DNA of 64,000 bases. Origin: Octopus vulgaris. Taxonomy: Eukaryota. Shown here in pieces: positions 26,913 to 41,690 of this stretch (the stretch's first letter is position 1; the number at the start of each line of letters is the position of its first letter). The notes below the pieces were generated by a model that made no database searches, was not told the DNA's origin, and worked only from the letters and a program-made list of their open reading frames with translations. A program made the translations under genes and the position numbers. Where the stretch lies: positions 23,746,001 to 23,810,000 of the forward strand of contig OX597835.1 of assembly GCA_951406725.2 (NCBI GenBank), written 5' to 3'.

Positions 26913-29900
26913 CAGTTGTAATGGATATATAATACTGTACATTTCAGTTAATATATGTATGTGTATATATATGCATATTTATATATGTGTGTATATATAT
27001 ATATGTGTGTGTGTATATATATATGTGTGTGTGTATATATATATGTATATGCATATATATATATATATATATATGTGTGTATATATATATATACACACAC
27101 ACATACACAGGAAATCAACCATGCTGTATTTTCTAACTAATTATATATATGGTTATTTTCACATAAGCATACAGTCTTAATATGTGGTCTCATGCCAAAG
27201 TTAGAAATATTTATATATATATTTGGTTATTTTATCTCTTCCTCTTCTTCCTCCTGTCACTTATTTTACATCAACCCTCATCCTAACAATGAATATTTTT
27301 TTTAAGGTTCCTCTCCTAAAAAGAAAAAGAATGATTAAATAATATAAAATAAATAACAAGAAAATAGTGAAAAGTCTCTAAAATGAGAAAAGTAATATAA
27401 TTCTAATAATGATTCTATACTGATAAAAGGAAAAAATTATATCACACACACACTATATATATATATATATATATATTGTACAAGTGCTTATTTTATTTGA
27501 TATTGAATTTTATATTTTTTCTTGTATATCTGTGTGTGTGTTAATGAAGATACATGGTACCTTATTTTTCATCGAAAAGTTCTCTCACTGACGGCAGACT
27601 ACCATGCTTTCTATTTTACTACTACTACTAGACTGTGTATGACAGGTGTTTTAGAACGGAGAATTAAATATTGAATCTGGTACATTCCTAAGGTGAGATG
27701 ACTCTGTCACTCAAAGCTTTTTCTTTATAGATCAAGGGAGGTCATTTTTATTTACTGACGATGCTAATCTCCCTTCTCAAATTTAAAAACGAGAAATATA
27801 AATGTGACCATCTGTTTAATGAAGAGACAATTTGTTATTACTGTTAGCAGGATGGTAAGAGTGCGTGGCCTTGTAGTTAGGGTGTTGCACTCACAAATAC
27901 AAGTTCACAGTTTCAGTTCCAGGACTGGACTGTGCATTATGTTCTTGAGCAAATGACCTCATCGGAAACATATGTCATGGAAACAGGCTAAAGCTTAGGC
28001 TTTACGAGCTTTAGGGCTCATGACAAACCTACATTCTGGGTCTTTCATTGAGGGGACTATCAGGCAGTGGCCCTTTTTATGATTGGATAAAATGCTTGGT
28101 GATATCTGTTCCCAGTTCTTGGAGGTGGTGAGCTGGCAGAATCTTCAGCACACCAGGCAAAATGCTTAGTGGCATTTTGTTCTGAGTTCAAATTCCACTG
28201 AGGTCGATTTTGCTTTTCTTCCTTTCAGGGTTATTAAAAGTACCAGTTGAACACCCGGGGCTGGGGGTCATATCTGCTCCCACGAAATTGGTGGCCTTGT
28301 CCCCAAATTTGAAAATCAATATTCCAATTCTTTAAGACAGGGAACTGACGGAATTGTTAGCCTGCAGTGCAAAATGCTTGGTGGCATTTCGTGAATCTTC
28401 ACGTTCTGAGGCCAACTTTGACTTTCATCCCTTTCTGGATTGATAGAATAAGTACCAGTGGAATACTGGGGTTTGATGTAATTGACTTACCTGCTGCCTC
28501 CCCAAATTGCTGGCCTTTATATGAAACCAATATTTATTCCAGCTCTTTAGGGTCTGAGCTCAAATTTCACCCTCCCTCTTTCTCTCTGGTGGGGTAGATA
28601 GAATAAAGTACCATTCAAAACTGGGGGTTGATATAACTGAATATAGTCCAGTTTTTTTCTCGTAAGGATGTGGGGCTGTGAAGACTGAAAATAGGGGACA
28701 GACAAATTGCTATGTTTAACCTAATTTAAGAAGGTTTTAAAGTTTATAAACTTGTCTAACACTGTGACAAAGAAGAAGAACTATATAAATACAAACTCTA
28801 TTTTGTTTTCTCATTAAGAAGGGAGTAGGCTTGTGCCTAAAAGATTTCAGTGTTATTTTTCATGGGCTGGTGTTGGTTAACTTGAGGAGCATGACTGCAG
28901 CCCTTCCCATCAAAATTTGTGGCCTTATATCTATGTTAGAAATTATTTTTTAAGGCAATAGACTGGTTAAATAAGTTGAGCAGTAGAAGAGATCATTCTA
29001 AGGTTGATTTCACCGTTAATTGTTTCAGGGTTCAGTTGAATGATGTAGCAGTCAGGTTTGTACAGCAGAGCTGTATACAATCAACTACTCACCTCCTACT
29101 AGATCTGAAGCCTTGTGCTTAAATAAGAATATATAGTAGTGGTAACAGATCGGTGAGGGAGGCTTCTATGTCGGTGTTTGACATGCTAGAAATAGCAGCC
29201 AAATCTTTATACCCATTTTGAAAACGTTAAAAAAAAAACACTGAATGACATAGTCCCTGAATACACCACCTGAAAAAATTACAGAATGATCATGGCTAGA
29301 ATGTCATCCATCATAAATCTACTACTACTCATTTGGAGCTTGCCTATGGCTAAACAACGAGATAAATACCCGGTGAACCTTGTTCACAACTCAGTTTTCC
29401 TATCCCAGTTGAAGCTAATTCACTTCACTTAAAATACTAATGCCAATGAGGAAGGCAATTTCACTACCCACATCCCTTATAATAAATATATATATATATA
29501 TTACTGCCCTTGTCCTGAGTAAAACCATCACCTATAGAATGTAGTATATTTTTTTCCTGTGAATTATATAACTGCAGAATTATATAACTTTATTTTTGGA
29601 CCTCATCATCTTCCCCATCTCTTCTTGTTACCTCAGTCTCTCCTTCCCTCTCTCTCTCTCTCTTCCACACTGGCTCACTCTATCTCTCCCCTTCTCTCAC
29701 TATGTGTTTTGCTCTGTCTCTATAAACATATATATATAAATGTATACATAGATGTATGTATGTATATATATATATATATACATATATATGTGTATAAACA
29801 TATATATTTATGTATATATATATATAAATGTATACATACATATATGTATATATATACATGTATGTATGTATATATATATATATATATATACACATGTATG

Positions 29901-30023
29901 GGTGTATATACATATATGGATGTATATATATATATATATATAATAAACGTGTACATATATGTATGTATATATATATACATATATGTGTGTATGTATATAT
30001 ATATATATGTATACATATATATA

Positions 30024-30078
<55 letters not shown>

Positions 30079-30737
30079 CCAACTTTTTATTAATTTTCTT
30101 ACTTTGTAAACTATTTTTTCTTTAACAATTACAAACTTCAATTTCTCTTGTTTTAATATAATTTATTAAAAAGAAATATTTTCTGTCATTTTTATATTTA
30201 CTTTTCCTGCATTTCAAATTCAACTTTTTATTTCCATTAGACATTTGCACCCAATTATGCATGCAGTAACACCCACCCATGCACACACACATGCTGCTTC
30301 CACATACACATGTATGTAGAAGTAACACCTATTATCAGAAATTTTCATGCATGATGTGACTTATCTAATGTAGGAAGTCTTTAATGTTCAGATATTACAA
30401 CAGGTGAGCTTTCGACCTAGGTATAACATCAATGTATCACAAGGTTTTTTTTACATCAGGGAGGATTTTTAGCTCAGCTGTCTTACCTCAAATGGCTTGT
30501 GTGAGCTTCGTGTTGTTTACTGTAACGAGCTTGACCAACCACTGTAACTATTTTGCCAAAGAGATGAAAATTTGAATTAACAGCTTAAAGGAATTAAGTT
30601 CAGATCTGAAGATTAAGATTCAGTCTTTCTATTGTGATCATGCTATTTCAGTAATCTACATGCTTCAGCTAAACAAATTAGGAAACTGTGTGTGTGTGTG
30701 TGTGTGTATATAATATGTACATGGGTGTGTGTGTGTC

Positions 30738-30836
<99 letters not shown>

Positions 30837-33800
30837 CAGAGGTTGACTTTGCCTTTCATCCTTTTGGGATTGGTATAAAATAAGAACCATTTAAGCACTG
30901 TGCTTGAAGTGATTTACTTACTCTCCCTTAAAATTGCTGGCCTTGTGCCAAAATTTGAAATCATTATCATTATCATCATCATCGTTATTATTAGGTCAGT
31001 GGATAATGAGAATTGTGTTGGGAGAAAATGCCTAGCTGTATTTGTACTGTCTTTTTTTTACATTCCAAGTTCAAATCCCACTCAGATGAATTTTGCCTTT
31101 CATCCTTTTGGGGGTCTATAAAATAAAGTACCAGTCAAATACTGTAGTTGATGGTATCGACTGACACCCTCTCCCGACTTCCCTGAAAATTGCTGGCCTT
31201 ATCATTTCTATCCTTTCAGGGTTAATAAAATAAATAGTTGTTGAACATTGGGGTTGATGTTAACGACTCACTTCCTCCCCTTGTGCCACAATTAGAAAGA
31301 AATTTCATTATTATTATTAAGGCCAGTAAGGTGCCAAGCTGACAGTATTTTGTCCATCTTCAATGCTCTGAGTTCAAATTCTGCTGAGGTCAACTTTGCT
31401 TTTCATCCTTTCAGGGTCGATAAAATAAGTACCAGTTGAGCACTGGGGCCAATGTAATAGACTCCCCTCACCTGCTGGCTCCGGAATTGCTGGCTTTGTG
31501 CTAAAATTTGAAATCTTCATTATTAAGGCCAGTGGATAGACAGAACTGGTTGAACGTTGGACAGAGCACCTTGCTAAATTTGTCCTGGCTTTTTACTTTT
31601 TCAGATCTGATCCTACTGAGGTCAATTTTGCCTTTTCTTCTTTCCGAGGTTGAAAAAATAAAGTACCTGTCATGTGGTGGGGTTGGTTTAATCTACTTGG
31701 CCCTCCTCTGCCCAAATTCTTGGCCTTGTGCCTATGTCAGAAGTTTACCATTATTTTCATTACCAAAGACAATGGAGTGAAACAGTCTGTGTATTTATAG
31801 TATATTAATTCCTGTTTTCTCTAAATTCTGGGTTTGTAGATTGGTGTTGGGATCATATTTTTGCCTTTTTTTTTTTTTTCATCTTTTCTTTGTAGGTTTC
31901 ATGAAATTAAATCTTAAGCATGTATTGGAGGTAACTTGTCCAACTCTCACGTCTCTCTGCCTAGAGAATAGGGAGGGTGTGTTAATTCCATCTAAAACTA
32001 TATACCACCACCACCACCATTGCCGCCACCACCATCTCTGCCTCCCCCTCTTCCTCCTCCTCCTTACAAATATGTGGCCTCTTTGTGGCACTGTTGTCAG
32101 AAATCATTTTTATTGTCATTATTATTATTATCATCACCTTCATTGTCATTGCTCTTTCTTATCTATTTATTTTCATTGTTTTTTTTTTTGTTGTTGTTTT
32201 GTTTTCCAATTTATCTTCATCTCTGATGTGAAAAGAAAAAAATAATCAGAACAAAAAAAAACAAACCAAAACAAGATGAATGCTTCATGGAAGGATTTCT
32301 ATGAGTTACTAGAATATTTTATGAAACTTCTCACTAAGTTTGGAAAGACGAAACCATTTCTTGCTCAATGTATTAGTTTGAAAGTCTTTGAAAATCAGCT
32401 TCATCCCTCACCATATCTCTTTATTCCAAGTTACAAGCAACAATTGATACCAGGAATATAAATAAAATGTCTAGGCCTACTGATTGGGTACAAACCTCTA
32501 ATTACACGACAGACTGCCTACCTGCTAAACACTCTTCTCAAATCAAATGCTATAAATCTATTTTTTTCCTGCTATTTTTAAATTGGCATTTATTTTTTTA
32601 ATCAATCTCCACACATCAGTCTCTTAGTGCTAGCCAGGTAGGTTATGCTACAAAAGTCCAACATAACAAGGTATCCCACCTTGGTCGAACATTTGCGGCA
32701 AAAAATAACCGAAATTAACCTCATTAACTCAAATACTGATTCACTGCAAAGATTTGAAATAATCAATTTGAGACAAAGGAAGAGTAACAGTTCCCATCAC
32801 TGGTTCTCGAGTCGTGTATTTATCACTTGCCAACTGTCAGCATTAACAATTACTCTACAGATGTGCTTGCCCTGCCATCACCTTTAAAATTAGATTCTAT
32901 AATCAACTACAAAATTGTGTACAAAGCAGTTGCAAGATAGGCTAAATACATAACTGTCCTGAAAATAATACAAGATGAAACTGAAGCTATGTAATTGTAC
33001 AAGAAAATAGTACGTACATATGCAATTTCAGTGAAATCTCTGACTAATTTCTATATTAATATGTATTTTATTCTATAAATTTGCTAGTACAGAATGTATT
33101 TATGTATGGGTCATCTATTTTTCGATTGTTTTTTTTTTAACTTCATTACATTGGATTCATTAACGTGTTCATTAATTAACCCAGATAATTTCATTTCATT
33201 CTATATTTTTTGATTTATGATATCATATCCATGGTCCCAAGTCATCCTGGAGGGGCAGTCAGCTGTTGTGCGTTTTATTTTATTTTTGTAAATTCACAGA
33301 TTTGTATATTATTGGAGAAATAGTTTATTTTACACCCGAATAATCTGCCTAACCTACTTTCGTTGGGAAGCAGAAGTAGGAGTGGTGTGCCTGCGTTTGT
33401 TAGCCATGCCAAATTATGAAAAATATATATTTCACTAGACATTTTGTAATTCTTGATTATTTTGGAAATTTAAATGTAAAACGGCAAGCATATTCTTGTT
33501 GGAAGTATAGTTATGGAAGTGCTAGGTTATACCTAAGATAAAATAAAGTAGATGATTATTATACGATTTATTAGCTGAAATATATTCATATATATATGTG
33601 TGTGTGTATGTTTGTGTATATATATATACAAACAACACATATATACACACAATTATATGCACACATCATAAGAATTTGAAAACTTTGAGAGGTGTGAAAT
33701 AATTTGTTATTAACAGCAGAACTTGAAGTAGATAATGCTATGAATCAGAGCATGTAAATATTGGGTTAAAAAAAAATCTTAGGACAGAAAAAGCTTTCAG

Positions 33801-36800
33801 TTTTTTTCTCTCCAAAGGTTTTTTTAATGCAACGTTTACCTATTATTCCTAGTATTACCTACTTTGAGTTCCATTGTTAAAGACAGTATGCATAATACAA
33901 GCACACACACACATATACAAAGAGAGAGTTTTTTGATGTGATGAGGAGCAGACAGAGCACAATACATACTGAGTGTATTGAGATTTGTACACATGGACTG
34001 TGTAGTGAATTGTTCATGTGTTCAACTTAACAACATCCATGATGTTAGTGGGTATCCAAATCTTTGTAAGAACATGGGTAAATTTTCCTGGGGTACCTTC
34101 TGTATGAGGAACATATAGTTAAGTGTGTATGTGGATGGTAATATACTTAATAGTATGACCCTACCCGCCACCAAAAAACAACAACAAAGAAACCACTCTG
34201 ATCAAAATTACACCTGTAATAAAGAGAAGAAAAACATTAGTGTTAGCGATAATTTTTGTTATAATGGCAAGGGAGGGAACTCTGACATCCAAATTGATAA
34301 ATTGTTGATGGGGAGTATCTGTAATTAGTTTGTTATTTCACATTCCTGTCAAAAGAAAGATCCATATATATTATAATTTTATTGACCGCTACAACGACAG
34401 ACAAACTATTCATCTCAGACATTCCATTATAAATTTCTATTTTTGGTGGCAACTTCAGCATTTCACTTCATGTTAATCTTTACAACATCAACCTGCATGA
34501 GACTGCTTCTGTTAAAGTTTTCAGAATTTAAATTTAAATCTTAAGATTATTTATTACACTTCATGATTATATAACAAAGGAAATTCAGAGTTCAATGACT
34601 GTGTAATATTTAATTCATATTATGAAGTTGAAAGTTTATTTCTCTAAAGGCGCATGGCTTAGTGGTTTGGTTCACAATTGTGAAGTTGTGAGTTCAATTC
34701 CCAGTGGTGTGTTATGTCCTTGAGCAAGACCCTTTATTTCACATTGCTTCAGTTTACTCAGCTAGCAAAAATGAGTAGTACCTATATTTCAAAGGGCCAA
34801 CCTTGTAACATTCTGTGTCATGCTGAATCTCCCTGAGAACTACATTAAGAGTACACGTGTCTGTGGAGTGCTCAGCCACTTGCACTTTATTTTCATGAGC
34901 AGGCTGTTCCATTGATTGAATCAATTAGAACCCTCGTTGTCATAACCAACAGAGTGCCAGTTATTTCTCTAAACCTCTTCATAATTCTTGATTATTTTGG
35001 AAACATGGTTATGAAAGTGTTAGTTTAAACCCTATAGCTAAGATAAATGTTTATAGAACCTGGTTTATTAATTGATATATATATATATATGTATGTATAT
35101 ATATATATATATATAAAAATCCTAGAATTTTTTCATGAAACCCTGGAGTTCCTGGAGAAGCACTGCTCTTGTTTTCTCTCAGTTTATCTGCTCTGCCCTT
35201 CTAAATAATCTGTAGTGAAACCACCACCGGTGTTTAACCATTCTGAATCTGATCAGAACTCTGTCTGCTCTGCTCCTATTAACGAAATCACTCCAAGTGT
35301 TTAAAAGTTTCAAATATGTCATCAAAATGCTGGAGAAAATAAGCTTAGATTAGATTAGATGTGGGGATCAAATTGAATAAATGGCCAGTGCTGTTGGCGC
35401 TGAGATGATTTTTTCCCCACCGATTTAATGCGGTGATTGATGATTGGTGCTCTTATCCCCAATATACCCTTTTCTCACACCTGGAAGGAATAATTTATTC
35501 CAGGTAGACTGAGCAAGATTGAAAGAGATTAGTGCCTTGTTTCAATACACCACCACAGCGCTAATGTTGGGTTTAGAAACTCCCAGACTCTCAGCTGAAA
35601 TGCTGACCCATTTCACTCCCTCAGTCATCGGGAACTTTCTAGCTGGTTGGGTTGGCCTTCTTTTCTGTTTACCCAATTGGTATCGAGTATTTTGTTTCTG
35701 GTTTCTAAGTCCTATATTCTGTATTTGTGAGAGAGAAAAATCTGCAAATCTTTCAATTTGTAAATTCTACATTTTGCTTTAGAGCAGCTGATGGCTTATT
35801 AATATACAAACTCTGCAGTTCAATCAAAATGTCAGCTAATTAACTATGGAAAGACTGTTTTGTCACATTCATACAAATTCTACAGCTTTGGTATGGAAAG
35901 ACTATCAATAACATGTGGGGGGTGGGGGACTAAAAAAAAAATTCTGTTGGTCTTTGAGATATAAATTCTGCAATTTAGTTATGAGGAGTGTAGAAATAGA
36001 CTGTGGAAGGTTTGATCCACAGGTATGAAAAACCAGCAGTTCTTTTGCAGAAGTCATACCAGCACATTACCTGTCTAAATATTTTTTTGCGGATCTAAAA
36101 TTTGAACTGATCAACTCGACCCAAAAAGCTATTATTTTTTTCAGTGCAGCAGCTACAACAATAACAACAACAACAGCAACTAAAACTAATAACAAGAGAA
36201 TCATATCTTTGAGCAAGTATTTGTTTTGTCTTAAGACCGACTTTCACGAGAGGCTGAAAATTGTACAGTAACATGGCAAATCTTACAAGCAGCATTCATC
36301 ATTCTGCGACTTGTTATATTTCACCAAGTAACACACACACACACATACACATACATATGTGCACATACATACACCACATACACACATATATGCACATACA
36401 TACCACTTGTGTGTATATGTGTGTACACACGTTGTGTTAATGTAACTTCTGTTGCATTTCTGCTTGTGTCTGACTTTTAACTAGCTGCATTGACTGTTTC
36501 TCACTTATCCATCTCTCTCTCTTTCCCTCTCACATTCTGTCTATCTCTTTCTCTCCCTCTCATACTGTCTATCCCTCTCTGTCATATTCTATTCTTTTCT
36601 CTTTCCCTCTCTCACATTCTATTCCTCATCACTCTTTTTCCCTCTCACATTCTGTTCCTTTCTCTTTCCTCTCTCACATTCTATTCCTCTCTTTTTATCT
36701 CTCTTCCTTTCCCTCTCTTACACATTCTATTCATCATTATCTCTTTCTCCCCTCTCATACTTTCTATCCCTCTCTTTCTCTCCCCCTCTCATGTTCTATT

Positions 36801-37615
36801 CCTCCCTCTACTCTCACATTCTATTCCTCTCTCTTTCTCTCCCTCATTCTTCACCATTTTCTAATCTCCCTCCCTTTATCCACTCCTTTCTCTTACCTTT
36901 AATCCAATCTGTTACTCTTCATTTAATCCATCTCACACCCTCACCTATTCCTCTATCACTGTCTATATACAATTTCCTCTTAAGCCCCTCTGCTCTCCTC
37001 ATCTGCCTTCCCACTTTTACCCCTCTCCCCACCCCACTTAATCCTTACACTCAGACTTGTCACTTTGAGTTCTTATTCGAAGTGACCCCGACCATGTTCT
37101 ATGAACTTGTCACTCCCCTGAATCTATATATCTCTCCATCCAGCCATCATCTGTCTGTCTGTCTGTCTTCCCATTTTCTTTCTTACTTACAACCTCTCTC
37201 TTTCATTCTCCTTGCTTTATAACTTTCTCTTTCTCTCTCTGTTCACCCTCCCCTTTTTTCATTACCCATACAATCTTCCTCTCTCCTTATAACTCCCTCT
37301 CTCCTTCCCTCTCTGTCTATCTCTCTCTCTCACCCTCTCTCCCATCACCTACACAATCTTTCTCTCATTTCACTCCCTCTCCATCTCTATCACTAGTTGC
37401 AGCTTTTCTCTCACTATATTGTATACTGAATAAAGTTGACTGTATTGAACAACTACATTCATTTATTGCTTCATTTATTTGCTAATTAATTAATTATTCA
37501 ATATTGTTGAATCCCATGTTTGATCAATTCATTGCTTTTGTTTAATTGTCCGGTTGTTGCTTCCTCTTCCATCAGTTGTTTTCTATCACAGGAGTTATAT
37601 ATATCTACATACATC

Positions 37616-37654
<39 letters not shown>

Positions 37655-37674
37655 ATAATACATATATTTATATA

Positions 37675-38123
37675 CAGGACATTGTTGACCTACAACCTAT
37701 CCGACTACGACCAATCGACTTTACAATGATTGGCACGCCAGCTCCCGGCAGCAATAATAAATAGTCCAGTTGAAGTCTAATGGGTTTAATTTCTTATAAA
37801 TTAACCCATCTACGCATGATGTCAGCTAACAAATGCTTCCCCTAGGCTCAGTTATCGATCGCCACTGTGTTGGATGACTATCCTGTTGTGGAGACATCAA
37901 GACAACCTTGTACTTGTTTATAAGGCAACTGCTTGAGACTCCCAAATTTTTGACTAACACCAGTATAATACAGAATGCTGTGAGTGACTTTTACCTGAGA
38001 ATGTACCTTAAGAATGTAAAAATATAAAGCAAAGCTATGTAGGCCTATAGGCCGACTTATGACCAAATCGACTTACGACCAGTCAGTCGGAACCACTTGT
38101 GGTCGTAAGTTGACAACAACCTG
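37675..38123. mobile_element. Tigger/pogo-like MITE
   Basis: TA|CAGG...CCTG|TA with imperfect TIRs and subterminal CGACTTACGAC-like repeats. Confidence 0.6.
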
Positions 38124-40078
38124 TATATATATATCTATATACACACACCATGCCTGTGCTCCACACAACCATTCCTGCGCCTCCACCTATATGTATACAT
38201 ATTCTTAGTGGCACTCTGTCATGACGACGAGGGTTCCAGTTGATCCAATCAACAGAACAGCCTGCTCATGAAATGAGCGTGTAAGTGGCTGAGAACTCCA
38301 CAGACACATGTACCCTTAACATAGTTCTCAGGGAGATTCAGCATGACACAGAATGTTACAAGGCTGGCCCCTTTTGAATTACAGATACTTCTCATTTTTG
38401 CCAGAGGAGTAGACTGGAGCAATGTGAAATAGCGTCTTGCTCGATGGCACAACGAGCTGCCAGGACTCAAAATTGCGACTCTATGATGATAAGCCGATTA
38501 CCCTACCCTCTAATTCATGTGTGTTCACATGCATTAAATGTAGAAGCAGTGACGAGTAACAATTCTCTCTACCTGATGTAGCCATGTATCTCCTCTGCAG
38601 CAACCCATCTATTTCTGTCCCTCAATACTAATGCCCACACTCTGTTTAGGGGCCTTTGTCTTGCAAGTTAATTGGTGTCCTCACAGCTGTTGGTGCCACA
38701 TGAAAAACACCCCCCACCACCACCACCACCAGTCCACACACTGTAAAGTGCCAAAGCAGACAGAAATTTCTTGGTGCGTTCTTCTGGTTTGTCAGCTCCT
38801 GTCAAAACACCAAAGCTATGTCAGCTTGGAATACAGAATGTTTGATGATAATGGTGATGGGACATGTGTGACACAGCATCAAACATGCATACTCACACTC
38901 ACACACGTCCCAACATGTTTAAATGTAATAACATAACTCAAGAAACTCGGTTGGATATCGCATGAGTCACGAGGACTTGTTGATAAGGTGAAAAATGATA
39001 GCAAAAAGATTTTAATTTGTTAAGTCATTTACAAGGCTGATTCATCAACGTTTTACCTTTTTATCTTTTTGTAAACCAATCACCTTAGTTTAGTAACCTC
39101 CGGAAAAGATAAGGAGATTTAATCAGGATTTCTAAAATTAGCTAAAGTTCAGATAATTAAATTTACTCCAATATTTTATTGTCAAAAGATCATAAAAAAA
39201 ACTAAGTCAAATAAGGTGATTGACTTTGGTGGAGCATCATTCAAATTGCTGTGTGGTATTTAGTTGGAACTGGTTCTGTTCTGAGTTCAAATACACCTGA
39301 GGTCAACTTTACCTTTCAACCATTTTGTTCTTTGGGCAGCTGAAGAATAAGAGTACATCATCTCTGATAAGAAGACAATTCCCTCTGAAACACATCTGTA
39401 TATGAGTATACACAAATTTGTGTAAATTCTTATACACAAATATAGATTGATTTGTGTTCAAATTCCACTAAGGTCGACTTTGCTTTTCATCCCTTCAGTG
39501 TTCAATAAAGTACCAGTCATATACTGGAGTCAATGTTATTGACTTGTCCCTTCCTTTCAGAATTGCTAGCACTTTGGACAAACTGCTTAGTGGCACTTCT
39601 AGCTTTTTATGTTTTTGGTTCAAATTCCACTGAGGTTGGCTTTGCTTTTTATCCCTTCAGGGTTCAATAAAATACCAGTCATATACTGGAGTCAATGTTA
39701 TTGACTTGCCCCTTCCCTACAGAATTGCTAGCACTTTGGACAAACTGCTTAGTGGCACTTCTAGCTTTTTATATTTTTGGTTCAAATTCCACTGAGGTCG
39801 GCTTTGCTTTTCATCCCTTCAGGGTCAATAAAGTACCAGTCATATACCAGAGATCAATGTAATTGGTCTGTCCTTTCAGAATTTTTGGCCTTGGATCCTG
39901 CTATGGACTATTGTCCCTTTCAGTGGGGAGTATTGTGATCTCAGCCACTTATCTATCATGAAAACTGAGTAACCAGACTTATATGATTAGGGCTCAAGGA
40001 AAAATTTTTAAAATAAATGAATCTATTCTAATTAATTATGTAATTGACTTATCTTTATTTTTTCTTGTGTTTGTTTAA

Positions 40079-40488
40079 CCCTTTCATTACTGTATTTATT
40101 TTGAGATGCTCTGCGCGTCTTTCAATTACTTTAAATATAACAAAGAATTTGATAAAATAATTTAGTTATCATTAACCCTTTTGTTACTAACCCGGCCAAA
40201 ACCGGCTCTGGCTCTGTGGTAAAATGTCTTGTTTTCATAGGTTTTGAATTAAAATATTCCACCAAGTCTTAGTCACAATTTATGTTCCAAACACTAGCTT
40301 AATGATAACTAAGTTGTTTTACTAAATTCTTTGTTATATTTAAAATAATTGGAAGAAACACAGAGCATCTCAAAATAAATACAGTAACAAAAGGGTTAAG
40401 CTAGTGTTAGGAACATAAATTTTAATTCAAAACTTATGAAAACAAGAAATTTGTACTCAGAGCCAGAGCTGGGTTGGTAATGAAAGGG
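40079..40488. mobile_element. Nested piggyBac-like MITEs (inner copy 40176-40395 in opposite orientation to the outer copy)
   Basis: TTAA TSDs at 40075/40489 and 40172/40396; both copies match the 20521-20740 element. Confidence 0.85.
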
Positions 40489-40519
40489 TTAACATCCATT
40501 TTTTTCCATGCTAGCACGA

Positions 40520-40895
40520 AGCATCAACTTCAACATTCAGTTATCAGAAGAGCGGTAGGGGCAAAAACCAAACTCAATGTCTTCAATTCGGTGTTCATGT
40601 CTACCCTTACCTATGATCATGAATCTTGGAGAATGACCTAAAGAATGCAATCAAAATATACAAGTGGCCGAAATGGGGTTCTTCCAATGGGTCTTTGGAA
40701 TGATGTTATTCAATAGAGTACATAGCTTGGAGATCAGAAAGTCACTCATGGTAGAGACACTTCCCTGAATTGAGAGGTCACTGCTCTGGTATATGGCAAG
40801 AATGTCTCAGGAATGAATCGCTGGACAGGTTTTATAGACAAACCTGTCAGAAGACCCAGGGTAGACCTCTCCTAAGCAAGATGGTTGGATAGCAT
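40520..40895 (+). mobile_element. RTE-like LINE fragment
   Basis: Degenerate KTKLNVFNSVFMSTLTYDHESWRMT, resembling the RTE L.YG.E.W C-terminal motif. Confidence 0.55.
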
Positions 40896-41289
40896 CCTAT
40901 TTCTTTACTACCCACAAGGGGCTAAACACAGAGAGGACAAACAAGGACAGTCAAACGGCCTGTGAGCTTAGTTAGTCTCATTTGGGGGTCTAGCAAGATC
41001 AGTTGGAGATGGTTGCTTCTGACAGGACCCAATATGGGCCTGCCAGGATTAAGTGGGCAAAGATGAGATGAGAAAGGGTTGGACAGGGAACATATTTTAG
41101 GCAAGATTTTACAGCCGGATCCCCTTCCTGTCACTAATCCTTACATGTATTTCAAGTAAGGGATTTCTTATTCCACAGGTCTTTGAAGGCACAGAGGTCA
41201 TAATGCTTACAACAAATTTAAATGTCCTATCACTGCTTTGCTCAAGCCAAGTCATGAGCTGTCAACATTTATGCATATTTTGTGTGCAT

Positions 41290-41338
<49 letters not shown>

Positions 41339-41596
41339 TATATATACATATATCTGCTTTTCACATCCACTTTTCTATGCCTGCATGGATCAGATGGAGT
41401 TTACTGAGGCAAATTTTCTATGGTTGGATGCCCTCCATGTTGTCAACCTTCACATGTTTCCATATGGCTGGACATGTTTTTGTGGAAGATTGGAAATGAA
41501 TGATACCACTTGTATGATGGTGAAACTCATTTACAACTGTTGCTGATGTAAAGACAAGAACACACACACTCACACACACACACACACACACGATGT

Positions 41597-41690
41597 GTGT
41601 ATGAAAAGTCTTGAGCCTCAAAAAAGCAAAACCTGGTACAAGACTTCTGATGAAAGTACAAGACTTCAAGGCTCAAAACTTTTCATACAC
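41597..41690. mobile_element. Tiny mariner-like MITE / inverted repeat
   Basis: GTGTATGAAAAGTCTTGAGCCT ... AGGCTCAAAACTTTTCATACAC. Confidence 0.5.

Noticed and set aside
30392-30403. Possible 12-nt microexon (cag|ATATTACAACAG|gtgagc)
   Set aside because: No polypyrimidine tract or linked gene evidence; likely chance
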